Source: Yuukianura sp. NJ FZ-2021 (lineage: Eukaryota). Taken from it: a stretch of DNA of 64,000 bases. A model generated the notes under the pieces. It was not told where the DNA came from and searched no databases. It saw only the letters and a list, made by a program, of their open reading frames with translations. The number at the start of each line of letters is the position of its first letter. Position 1 is the stretch's first letter. The translations under genes and the position numbers were made by a program. Where the stretch lies: positions 4,588,001 through 4,652,000 of the forward strand of contig CM102288.1 in the NCBI GenBank assembly GCA_046563655.1, given 5' to 3'. Below, piece by piece: positions 42,901-55,598 of the stretch.

Positions 42901-45900
42901 TCTCCTCATCAATCAGTTTGGAATAGACATGTGTGCGTACAGTTTTGCGCTAGTTTTTTCAAACTAGAAACATTATAAAGATCGGATCGTCATTGTTTTT
43001 GAAATTACCAAATTTAAAAATTTTCATAAATTAAAAACTCCAAAAATCAATTTTGAATTAATTTTCAGTTTCATCAGTTTTAGGCCGGAAAAGTTTTTCT
43101 ATGGTTTTACTTATTCTTTTTTTCTTAACCCGGGCTAGGTAGGAGAAATACGATATCCATGTCATGTATTTAAAACGTACTTGACGTTCTTTTGGTTTCG
43201 TTCGATTTTAGTTAGAAGATGAAAAAATTGAAAGAAAATGTTTCGGATTTTGAAAATTTTCCGAAATTTTGAAGAAAAAGTTGCTGCAAGTTTTTGATCT
43301 GTAGTAAAGTTAAAAGTTGAAAGGTTTCCTTTGTTTGTCATGGGCTGCTTGTGGATTCTTTGAGATGTTGGAGCAGCTGCTGGAACTTCTGTTTCTAAAA
43401 TTCAAAAAACACCAGGCAGGAAACCCCTTTCAGCACTGCGTCAATTAGCACTTTAACTTTTTACATTTTACGGGTTTACAGTTTACGTTTTCCCAGAAAA
43501 TTTCTATTTTGATGAAGTCATTTTTCCATGAAACTGCAACGATAAAACCACTTCACTTTGGTTAAGAGCCGATACTAACAAATTGTAATTAACTAACTAC
43601 AATTTTCTTATTCACATGTAAACATCATGCCTTTTTACATCCATTTCCATTGTTCTTGAGTCCAAATCGCTGTAAATTTAGCAGTAATCGCTGATTCTTT
43701 TCTTGGGGTAAGTTGAGACTGAGCAGAGAAAGTAGGCAGTTCACTTTTTGACAGCCGATTTTCACCTCAAAACGGACGAAATTCGAGGTGAAAGTTAGTG
43801 CAACGGAATGGAAATGCGATTGGCTTTCGAAATTTCATAGTTTCATTTTGGAAAAGTTTCGAAATTGTGTGAAATTTTGAATTTTTTGGGCCCTTGGTCT
43901 GAATTGGGCGTGAGAGTCAAAATGGCGCCTCCAATACTCAACTCCCTCCTCTTCTCTTCTCTCGAAATTCTCCGTTTTCCGTCAACTTTAAACGCTTGTA
44001 GCGTCGCAGCGATTTGACCTAGCGCAAATCTAAAACCAGATCCAAAATCTACGTCCGATTTTGTTTCCGAAACTGATTTTTTCAAAATTTTGAGTCCCTT
44101 GGTCTCTGCAGGATTCCCTGTTTTGTCGGCCATGTTTGCTCCATTTGAGTCCTACGGAACAACCCAGTCCTCCCTGCAAACGGCATAGGAAAAACTAAGC
44201 CTTCGCCTCCACGTCCCTTCTCACTTCTCCTCTTCATCAATCTGCACATTTCGCAAACTTTTTTTTGCAAACAACTGTGTACATGCCATTTTTGCAAAAT
44301 TTTCAGCCATCTTGGATTCCTCTGGAAAATGAATCTGGGCATGAACCTTCAACTGCCTTTCACACTCAACTGCTCTCCGATTTCCCAATTTTGACTTTTG
44401 GCAATACGATGAGCAAACTTCCACGAAAAGCTGGCATTTTTTGGTTGGTTGACACTTTCAAAAAACTGCCAAAAAAACTTTGAAAAGCTCGATTTTGGGA
44501 TGACTCAGAGTCATGCAGGGGTGACGTGACTAGGAATTGTGTTGTTGTTGTTTGCGAAATATCCGAAAGTAGTTGAGAATTTGAGTGATAAACTGAAGAT
44601 GACTGCGTTCGAGTTGTCAGTTTTGAGTGCAGATGCTCCTATTTTAATCAAAACTAAAACAAAATTAACTCAGACTTTTCAAAAAAGAGTTCAAAAAAGT
44701 ACGACACAAAAGCATCTGAGTTCGAACGTCAACATTTTCGAAAGGTCAGACATTTTGATTTGAGATTTTAGGGATTTTGGTTTTTCGTCTTAGGAGGCCT
44801 TCTAGTTTTGAAAAACTTTTTTGAGTCTCCTTGTTTTTGATTTCAAAAAGGGAAAAGAGGATGTTTTTCAGTTTTTGAAAAACAGATGCAATAGGGAAAA
44901 ACCAGAGTTGTGGTAGAGAGCGTCAAATTTGTAACCTACAATTCTGTCCATGTCTTTCTGTTGATCAAGTAAAATTGGATCATGCATAAATTGTTATTAT
45001 AAATATATTTTACAATATAAATATATATTTTTAATATCGCAAATTATTAGTACTAGACGCGAAGTTGAACGACAAAACTGACTTTATTTCAAAAAATTTA
45101 AAAGCAATGTTGTTTTATTTTGTTAAGGATGTTAAGGATGACAATTTGAAAATTTTATATTTTCACTTCAATTTTCCAAAATTGCGTTGACTGTTTTGGT
45201 TTGACGATTTTGAGTATTTTCAAGTTTGAGCTGAGGGTGGTAGGATTTTGAAGGGCTCACAGAAAGCCCTTCGAAGGGCTCGTGCGACTTTGGGTTGTGA
45301 GAATTCAAAAGAGAGATTTAAACTTTGTTTGAAACTGAAAAATCTCTTTCTTTTTCCTTCTCCCCAAAATTTTTCTAAAATTTTTTGAAAATGACTTGAG
45401 ACGCTCCAAGATGAAAATGGAAACGTCTTTGGAGGTGAGCCTAGCTGTCTCGAAAAGGTGAAGAAAAATTTCCAGCAGATTCTAACCTCGAGGCACAACA
45501 GAAGACAGGCGTCTCTCCTCTCTCCCTCTCTGTTCAATTTCAAACTTTTTCAAATTTGAGAAAATTACAGAGTCCAAATGCCCTTCGAGCCCTTAAGGGA
45601 TACGCACCCCTTTTCCATTTTCAAAATTTTACAAAAGACCTCATCAAATTTTGAAATGATTTCAAAAACACGTTCCATTTTCCTCATCTCCTCAATCAAA
45701 TTTTTCAACTTTCGAAGTTTTTTCACTTTCACGTGATTTGTTACGCCTTTCTCCAAAAAAGTTCAAAATTTTTTCTGACAGCCTAAAGACCTTGTGGCTG
45801 AAAAATTTGTCAGATTTAGAACTGTTTGACTTTGTTTAGGTTAAGATTCGGTACATTTCGAACAGAACAAAAAGAGGAGAGAACAATGTGGAGGCATTAA

Positions 45901-48900
45901 ATTGAGCATAAAAAAGTTACATAAAAAGTAGAACATTTTCTGAATAGTTGAGCATTCCTTGGCCGCACAACGGAACGACATGAAGAACCTCATAAATGTT
46001 TCGGCTCGTTTGGACTTTTTGTGGATTTACAAAAACCAAAAAAGAAATTCAAAAAAGATTTTGGGTGTAGTAAGTTGAATATTAGAGCGTGTTTCACACT
46101 TGAATCTTCATACAGACCAGTCCGTGGCCATATGGAACTCCTCTTCCCAGAATCTATTTTCCTATCTGCGTCGTAATTTCCTTTCCGGAAAAACTCCCGC
46201 TTTTCAAATAGAACGTACAACACAAGCCGACTCTCTTCGGTCGATATTTCATTCGGCTAAAGAGCCTCATCTCTTCTTCCTTTCTAAGCTTTTTCTCCTA
46301 GTGGGGCCTTTTTGGAACTCAAAAAAACCCGGGGAGAAAGAAACCCCAAAGGGAGGGTAACGCTTTACCCGGGCATTTTCCACTTTTCCTTTCGTCCCTG
46401 AAAAAAGTGACAGGAAGAACTAAAAGTTCAGAGATTCAGAATCAGAGTGAGGAGATTTTCAACTCCAAAGATTTTTTTTTTAAACGAAAAATCCCACTCT
46501 CTTTGCTCTCTCGTCAAAAACTGTCTTTCTCAGCTGCTGGCACGCGGAAACATTCAAACTTTCATTTAGATGCTAATGGAGGTCTCGGGGCAGAGACTAA
46601 ACGTTGGAAAGTTGAACATGTTTGAAATTCAGACTTTTTTGAAAGTTTTGTTTTTTTGAAAATTTTGGACAAACTTGTTCTGTCCAAGATGTTTGAGAAG
46701 ATGAGAATACCTGGAGGGGCCCTTATTTGGTCGTGGTAGGGTGGAGACCCCTTTTTCTGTTTGACTTGAATTTAAGAGCCAATTTCTGTGAGCTGTGGGG
46801 TGGGGAGCCTATCATTAATTGAATTGAAAGTTGGTGGAAGGGCCCCCTGCCCCCTTGAATTTAAGGGGGGAGGGTGAGGCCCTTTGACGGCAGTAGTGGG
46901 GACTTTCGAAGCCCAGTTCCGCTCTCCAAGGCTCCTACACCGTTACGCTAGAATGCCCGCAGTCCCTTTGTACAACCAAGGGCCCCTTTTTATTCCTACG
47001 AATGATCGTTTTAATGCCAAAGTACCCTCGTGTTGTTATTAAGGGCTCCTCCAACAACCAGTTGGCTACTTCTCTACGACAAAAGAAAAATACTCACTTC
47101 CTCTTACAACTTTTTACTCAAATCGAGACACGAATTACGACTCTGATGAGTTCCACTTTTTAGAGGATTTTAACTTTGACCTAATTAACTTTCTACCTAA
47201 CGCCTGTTGAAATTTTTAGGTTTTCACTGTTTTAACCAGTGTTGAAAACTTTAGTTAGGTTAGCTTTATGGTCAAAGGACTTGAGTGTTAAAATATAAGT
47301 TGAATTTGGAAAACGGCTGAGTTGAAATTTTTTTTTTCAACTCAGCTTCTTGCTTTTTATGCTTTTTAAAAAAACCGTGAAATTAAGAGAATTTTTTACT
47401 TTTTTTGTTGTAAGTTTTGGTTTGAATGTTTGTAAATTTTAAAATTTTGTGCTTAAGGATCCCTGTTTTTGTGGCAAAGGGGTCTGCTGCTTGATAGCTG
47501 ATGTTATCATAGTTTTTTGAGTAGTGGCTAGAACTGTTTTGTGGGAAAGAGGAAGAATAATTACGCTGTGACTCCTTAAGTGAAGGCATGTCGTAAGGAC
47601 TCTCTTGGCAATCACAAACTGGTTTCTGAAACAATTGAAAAGTTCAAAGGACCAACATCTCAAGACAACGTGTTCCCAGTGACACTGCAGACTCATAACC
47701 AGTCATGTCTTACCATTACAAGCCTCATATTCTAAAACAACTCTTAAGGGTGCGCCTTAACTTCTTCAGTTCACGCACATTCACTTTCAAATGTCCACCT
47801 AATTCGAATTTTTACGGTATAAAGGCACTGTTTTTAACAAAAAAAATTGGTTTTGAAACAATTTTCAAAAATTGAGACACTGCTCTCAATTTTTCAATTG
47901 CTGCTCCTGGGAAAATTTGAACTTTGACCTTCAATTCCAATTCACTCTCATTCCCTTTTGAGTGTGAACCTACTAAAATTTATTTTCAAAATTTTGATTG
48001 CATGAAGTGAAACTCGTTTTTGAAGGAAAGATAAAAATTTTGAAACGATTTTGTAAATTTTATAGAGACGCCGCCACTAATCCTAATAGAAAATTTTGAG
48101 GTTATGTTTTGCCCTTCACTCGAAGTTGAATTCGTTTCTTGTTTGAGCATACTCAATTTGAATTGCAGAAAAAGTAGTTTTCGAGGAAAAATTAACAATT
48201 TTGAAGCAATTTTTAAAATTTGAGACGCCACCGCTGTTCCTATGAAATTTTGAATTTGGTTTTGACCGAAGTGATGATTAGGACTGAGGTTTTCTTCTTT
48301 CTTTTTTTAAAGGAATTGCGGGGGATAGGATAATCACTGCCTAATTTTGATTTATGAAGGTGTGGTGGCTGTGGAAATGGAAGTAAAAAGTTACTTTTGA
48401 GTATTCTCAGGGTACTTTTTGGTTTGTTCATAATTTTGAAAAAGGACCAGGGAGCCTTTTTCAAAGTCCCTTTCACTCTCCTGGGATATTGGAAATTTTG
48501 GAACCTTTTTACCTTGTGTCTGTTTGAGTGAGAAGTTGATTCGTTTTCGGTTTGTGTTACGTCGTGATTGTTTCATGTATAAACAGTGCTTACCGTAAAA
48601 CTTCTAAAACGTACATGGACTTCCATTTCGCGCCTCTAGACCAGACTTCAACTGGAGGTCACCTCCTATTAGAAACCCGGCATGTATATGAGACCGGCTT
48701 TTATTAGAAGTTTTACGGTAGATTCCCCCTGAACGTTAGACCAGACGAAGGTAACCGTGAAAAGGGCCATGAGAACAATGTTGAAATAGGAGATGTAAAA
48801 AATAGAAAAGGCAAAAACTGGATTTTCACTTCGAACAACATGGGAAAAACTGAGGTGGGAAAAAGACGCTTTTATATTTTCCAGCTTCTCAAAATCTTTG

Positions 48901-51439
48901 CTAAAAACTTCCTCCTGAGAAACAAATTCAATTAAAACTCTCCTGAAAACATTCCCGAATTGAATTCTCATTCAATTTTTCTGAATTCTAAAGTATCCGC
49001 CGTTTCAAAAAAAGTGGAATTAAAATTGCGAAGAAAAGTCAATTGAAGTTGAAATGGAGACCTTCACTCGTTAGTTCTGTAGCTAATAACTTAGGCTGTA
49101 GTTGGGTTATTCAGGTTAGTTAATCATCGTAGTTAAAAGTTGAGTGTTAAGTAAGGAGTTATTGTGGATTTATTTGTTAGGTTACCATATGTTAAGTTGG
49201 CGTTGATTGGTTAGACTATGATGTGTTAGTTACGTTAGGTTGTTGTGGCCTGGTTAGGTTTTGGTGCGTTTTGAGGTGTCGATGAAGCGTGAATTGAACT
49301 GGGAGGCTTAGGAAACTGAATCTTTTGGGAAGCTTTAGAGTGTGTTTTTTGTGTTGTATTTTTCGGAAGATGTGGAGAGGGAGATGATGAGAAGCGGAAG
49401 TTGTTTGAGGAAGTTTAAAGTGTCCCCTTCTCACTTGTACTTTTGGAAAATAAGGATTAAGTCTCGAGTCTTTTGGAGGGAATTGGACTCCCTTCCACAC
49501 ATCCCGCGGATCGTTGCGTTAAAAAGGAAAAGTTTCCATTTTAAACTTTTTGAACACAACATGATAAGTTGGAGAAAAGTTTTAAATTGGGAAACACTGG
49601 AATGGGAATGAAAAGCAGGAAAATGCTGGAAGGAAACAATTATTATTATTTTTCCTATAAAAAACTCATTCTCCAGCATCACAAAAATCCTGGAAGGGAA
49701 GATCTGTACACTGCAGTGTTGGTTTTTGATTTGAAGGAAAGGGGAAGGAAGAAGGGGGAGAATTTTTAGTAGTTGAGAGTTTTATGAGAGCATCAATTGT
49801 ACAAGGAAAGACAAATCAGCGACAGTCAAAGAGCCGAACCGAAGTCAAGTATTTATTTTTATTATTCAAAATTTTGAAAAAATGACTGATTCTCAAAAAC
49901 TTACCTACAACAATACCGCGACCAAAAACTGCTGAAAACATGAAGTTAGCATAACTGACTCAAAAACAAAGTTATCTGGCGTCAAAAGAGACTAGAATCT
50001 TTCCTTTTGAATTCCAACTGACTTTAAATTTCTATTAAAACTAATTATTATATGTGAATACATATTAATATTTATTATATTAATATGAAATTAACATATA
50101 TTTAATATTCTGGTGACGTTGCATGTGGTAGGAGGGCAGATGCTGATGTGGCCATGGGCACGTGCCCTTAATACCCGCTTCTTCCACACTCACCTGTCCT
50201 ATTCAATTCACCTCACTTTTAGAACAGGATTCAAATCTTGTAGCTCCTGGCAAAACACGGGAAGCTCCTTTCAATTTTTCAATTTCATAGTTTTTTCTCC
50301 ATTGCCCCTATTTTTCTAAATCGAAATTTGAAATTCCTTAAGGATTTTGTAAGTAAACCAGACAGTTCCTGGGAACAGAAGAAACTGGGTTGAATTGACG
50401 CTGGTGTTGTGTAATTGTGACGGTTCGTTGGTCAGCGTTCCATTTGTGGCGATGTGTCTTGGAGGTTCTTCCAATCCATTTGTCACTTCATGCACCTTCG
50501 TTTTTTTGAATGTGGATTGAATAGTGGAATGATCCAGTGGATGGAACGAGACAAGAATAGCCCCTTTGTCAACCACATAGCTCAATCCAAACCCCCCGGG
50601 GAACACCAAACCCTCTTACACGATTACACTTTCTACAACACAAGACACAATTTCTGTTAATTCCACTAAAGTTTTGTAACTAGAAAAAATTTAACTATAT
50701 GATAAAGTTTAACTTCGTTCAAAATTTCCTCATGTGAGAAGCTTTCCAAAAAACTTGACGATTCTAGATTTTTCGTCAGGATACTCCTCTTGTTTCGGAA
50801 GGTGGCTGATTTTTGTTGCAAATTTTTGAAGATTTTTTTAGACTTTGTTTGAGCATGCGTGTCCAGTCCTTCAAAGCGTGGAATGACGATGACAATGGAG
50901 TTGGTTTTGACCAGAAAGGAATCGCCGGATCATTGGTTATGCATAGGATTTGGATAGGGATCTTAAGCATCTCTCCATTTGGAATTCCACAGTTAATTTA
51001 GGCTTTGGCCAAATTGAGTGGGCCCTTTGAAGGGGGCGGGAGCCTTGGATTCGGTTACAATTTATGAGGCAGTGGTCAATTAGACATTAATTCTCAAGTC
51101 ACCCCACCCTGCTTTTCTTCCTCCTAAAGAAGCAGCGCTTGTCTCGTACAAGGAATCGCTTGTCTCTTACGATTTCGGCTTTGAAGTTTGTACAGAAGGC
51201 CAAACGAGATCATAAATCTTCCTAACTTCAACTGAGGAAGGAGAAAACACAATAATTTTATTTTGTTCTGCGTTTTTATCCTCTGCGACAAAATTCATGC
51301 TGCAAAATGACATCTCTTCCACTTTGAATCTCATTGCAATTTGCAAACTCCTTTTGCCTCGTACAAGTGCTGGAATAATTGCGAAAGTTTTAAAGTGGCA
51401 TTGATTCTCATTATGAAAATTCGGTTGAAGTAAGAATTA

Positions 51440-51610
51440 GCGGCCATCAGTGTAGTCGTACTCATAGCCACTTCGGTCATCTTGTGTGGCTACATTAGCC
51501 AACTACAACCGAGTGGTAACATATTTAGCCGCGCAAATATAACATCAAGGGGCAACTAAAGCAGCCATCCATTGTAGCCGCAATGTGGCTACAAATTTAC
51601 CACGACCAGC
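51440..51610 (+). mobile_element. Copy of a dispersed, internally palindromic TGTAGCCAC-family repeat (MITE-like)
   Basis: Collinear with 59962-60157: GCCAT..TGTAG, TAGCCACT.GG, TGGCT.CA, TAGCCGC, GGCAACT.AAG.AGCC, GTGGCTACAA, TTACCAC.ACC. Confidence 0.55.
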
Positions 51611-54600
51611 GTTAACCCTGACATCAACTGAAATTTCATTTAGGAGCAGAAGTTGTATACAAAAAAAAAGTTAGTAAGAAAGGAAATTTTTTCAGCAAAT
51701 TGGTAATTGTCAGTTTGCAAAAAGGAATTGCGAATTGTGGGATTTTTTTGGAAATGGAAATGGTTTCCTCCTCCTCTTGTGCCTAATGTCTGCCGACGTA
51801 GTAAAAGCAGCCGAAAGCGTGTCCTTGAAAAGCCTGTTTTTTTTCTTCTCTGCAAATAACACCCATCCATCGCCACAACAGAAACATTTTGGCTCTGGGT
51901 TCAAGTAATTGTGGCGCAGATTTTAATGGAATGGCAACAACCTCTATTTGAACAGTCTGGCAGTTGTCAGTTCACTTTTTCAACTAAAAATGAAATTATA
52001 TATTTTACATTAATTTATAAATTTATTTTTAACTTATTTTATTCCATTTCGTACGTCTGACCACTTTGAAAGTGATTTTGGACAAGGTGATTTGGAGCTT
52101 AAGGTGGATGACGCAGATAGAGGAGCTTTGTAGGGTGCTGGATCGATAGAGTTCAAAGGAAGTAACTATCCAGAACCCAGAAAGAAGCTTCCAAAACTCT
52201 AAATCGCTTATCCTCACACTTAATGGTTTCTTGATTAACTTACTTTTTACTTTTCAACCTAACAAAATCTGCAATACTAACTTTTAATAACCTAGGTTTA
52301 GGCGATAACTTAGAAAACTTCTCAAGTGAAACATTTTTCATCGAAGGTCAGCTTTCATCTCATTATTTTTGGTACAACATTGCCTTTCAACCTAACAATT
52401 TCAAAATTGTTAGTTTATGTTGACATAATTTGTCACTTGTTATGTTGATGCATTGTGTAAAATCAGTTGTAGAATGTTAATTGGAGGGTGATTGGGTAGC
52501 GTCCATTTCCAAAGACACACCCATTGACCTGCTATCCCTTACGCAACACCACTTCACAAACAAAAGTTACAAAACTTTTCTTGAGGCTTTTTCTGAAAAT
52601 GTCTAAGTAGTTTTTGTTTTTGAAGTTGATGGTTGAGTGAGTTGGAGCTTTGGTTAGGTTAGTTGCTGAGATCATTGACTCATCTGCACAAGATGCAGAA
52701 AGAGAGAGGGAGATGTTGCATGTGATGGGGAATACAAGAACCTCCCTCGAACCCTCACTAGGCTTATCGACCGCCTCACCACCCAAACCAGCCAACAAAC
52801 AAAACCACCCTCTATCCTAACAATTTCCAAAATTTCACGTTTTCAAAAAACTCAGTTTTTTGGAAAAGCTCAACACCACTCGAAACTTAGCCAGTCCAGA
52901 TTCAGTGGATCCATTTCAACTTTGGCAGTTCATCTGAGGAAATATAGGAGTTGTGTGAATTTCGAACTTTGCAAAGCTCTTTGACGTTTCTAGAAAACCG
53001 AAACTAAGTTTCAAAATTGTTTTTTTTTCAAATTTTGAACTACTGTCACTCCTGTCGTGCCGTCACTACGCATTCCTGTGGCAGGGTGTAGAATATTGCA
53101 CCTTCAGTGACTCTCGCCTGGAATTAAAAGCATAGGATAACCTAACCTTAACTAAAAAGCTGATTTTGATTATAAATGTTTGTGGAGTGAAGGAGAGGGA
53201 GACAAGTTTGGAAAAAGTTGTAGAAGGGAAAGCACCCAGCACATACCTAACAAATATTCCTCTACAGTCGAGCTGGATGGAATGAACGTAACGTTGAGAT
53301 CTGCTCTCATAACGGTTAGTTCAGTGCAACCGATCTTATTTTCAGTGCTGTTCAAACAGAAGCTCTGGAAGCATTTTGAGAAAAAAAAGTTGGCAGGAGG
53401 AAGGGATCGGTATGACTTATATTTTTTCAATCTTTTCCTGTTCCCAGGCATTTGGGCGCTGGAAATTCGAAAACGGATGACTGGAATATTTAAATATAGT
53501 TGCAGAACATATTTGAATAATATGTTTAATTGTTTGGGATGCAGGAGTATCTCATCTCCATGCCTCTGTCATTTGTGGAGGTGAGATACAATGTAAAGCA
53601 ATGTTAGATCTGTGGGATTCTGCTCCAATGTTTTCCAATTTCACCACAAATCCCCTGCTGCCACTGAGAATTCAATTCCAACTCAAGAACTCCCTTGTTA
53701 CATCTTCTTTGCTTCAATATTTTGGTAAGGTTAGACTGGTCTAGACGCTCAAAGTTCAAAATTTTGTGTAGGAGTTGAAAGTTCAAGATTTTGTTAGGTT
53801 AAGAGCTCACCAGTCTAACACTAAAAAGTTCCTTGGAGAAAGTTGGAAAGTTCTGGCTTTTGCTCCATCCACAAAAAAAAGAGAAATTTCTCTGGAGAAA
53901 GTGCAAGAAAAAGCTTCAGCTTGAATTGTCTCGATCAATTGAACCTTTCATAAAAAAAAGTTAATTTTTTCTTTCTTTGTGTATCACCCCACCCACGATT
54001 TTTTATTTTTCAAAATTGGATTTTTTTTGAATTTTTTTCTTAGTTTTTTTAAGTTTTTGACTTTTCGTGCTTTTGGTACGCTTCGAAAGTTTGTGCCGAT
54101 GGATGACAGTTGCTTCGTCACTGTTGTGACTGTGTGATGATGTGGCTCTGCTTTCACATTCACAGAGAGGCTCACTTCCTCGTTTGTGGTTTAGAATTCC
54201 AGTTGAAGAGTTTTCAACATAGGTTAAGTTAAACTCCATAATGTAAGAGGCATATGCTATGCTACATAATGTATACATGCATAGGATATGTTTAGAATAA
54301 ATCTCTGTGCTCCACCGTGTCACTTGTGCCAGTGATTAATGAACCATCACCACAGTTAGGCATCGCAGCTTCACAGTTCACAACTAAGCAAAAGCAATTG
54401 ATTCCGACACTCAGATTAGAAATGGAGGTCAACCGCAGAGAATGGTCATCTCTTATCACCCAATTAAAAGCTGGTCACAGGGGGTCAAGTGACCCCTCCA
54501 ACCCTGGGGCCTTCAAGGGTCACTTCCATCAGGGCTCTAAATCTGTGTGTGGAGTGAAGCGAAGCGTATTTAGCACCTCTCTGAGCCTTCAAAGACACAA

Positions 54601-55598
54601 CTTTGTAATGGATCCTTAGAAATGAATGGGATGCTCTGCTCCCTTTTCCCATTGTTCTCTCCCGTATCTCCTCAAACCATCTCCCCTTCACACACAAAAT
54701 CCAAAAACCAAAATCAATTCCACTTTCAAAACGGAAATTCCGTACGGTATTTTTACTACTTCATCCAACTTCCATTTCTAAATCCATCTAGAATGCCTTA
54801 AACTTACGAGGAAACCCGAGCAAGAAGTATAGGAATTAATTGCTTTGCTAACTTTCCGTTAAACCGAAACTGACTCCAGTGAGTGAAAGCAGGGGAATAC
54901 GGAGAAAAAATATTTTTGTGGCGTTTTCATTTCACTTTTGAAATTTTATGAAAATTGACCAATTTTTAAATAATTTTGGATTTACGGTAGAAAAGAAACC
55001 TCGGAAAGTTTCTTTTCAGTGCTTTCTTTTTTCTTTTTTGTTTTTGGAGAAGTGGAGGCGTTTTGGTTCTTTAATTTTTTTTTACAAGTTTTCTCTCGAA
55101 ATACTTTTTCTCGGGAACTGTGACGTTAAAATTTTTTTTCACTCGAATTTTGTTTTCTGTTTTTGAGTGACGCGGATTGAATCGTTATTGAAGTAAGAGT
55201 CTTTTCATTCCCCCTTTCTCTTCGCTTCTGCTCCTGGGAAATGTTCTGTGGAACTCTGGACTTGGAGTGTTCCATTATTCATGAAGTGCCTTCTCACATT
55301 CAACCCAGATTAACCCGTTTCAAGGGGACACTTCCTAGACTTAAGTCCTCCCAGGGACCCTTACGAGACACTTCGTAGTCATTACAACTCTAACCAAAAC
55401 AAAAGAATCTATTTCAACACAAAACTTTACCTTTGACCTTTGTTTTTCTTACAGGACCTGGAAAAGTGTGAAATGACTCTGGAAGTATCGTAGCCTCAGT
55501 TTCAGAGAATTGTCGTGAATCCAGAAAAGTGCTGGAATTGGCATAAACTTCGAAGTTCGGAAGTATTCGGAAATTTTGAATTTCGGGAAGCCGTAGGA

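Noticed and set aside
35453..55166. Many 60-134 aa ORFs in the upstream interval
   Set aside because: Phe/Lys/Leu-rich translations typical of AT-rich non-coding DNA, mostly non-ATG starts, no domains, and no consistent exon chain.
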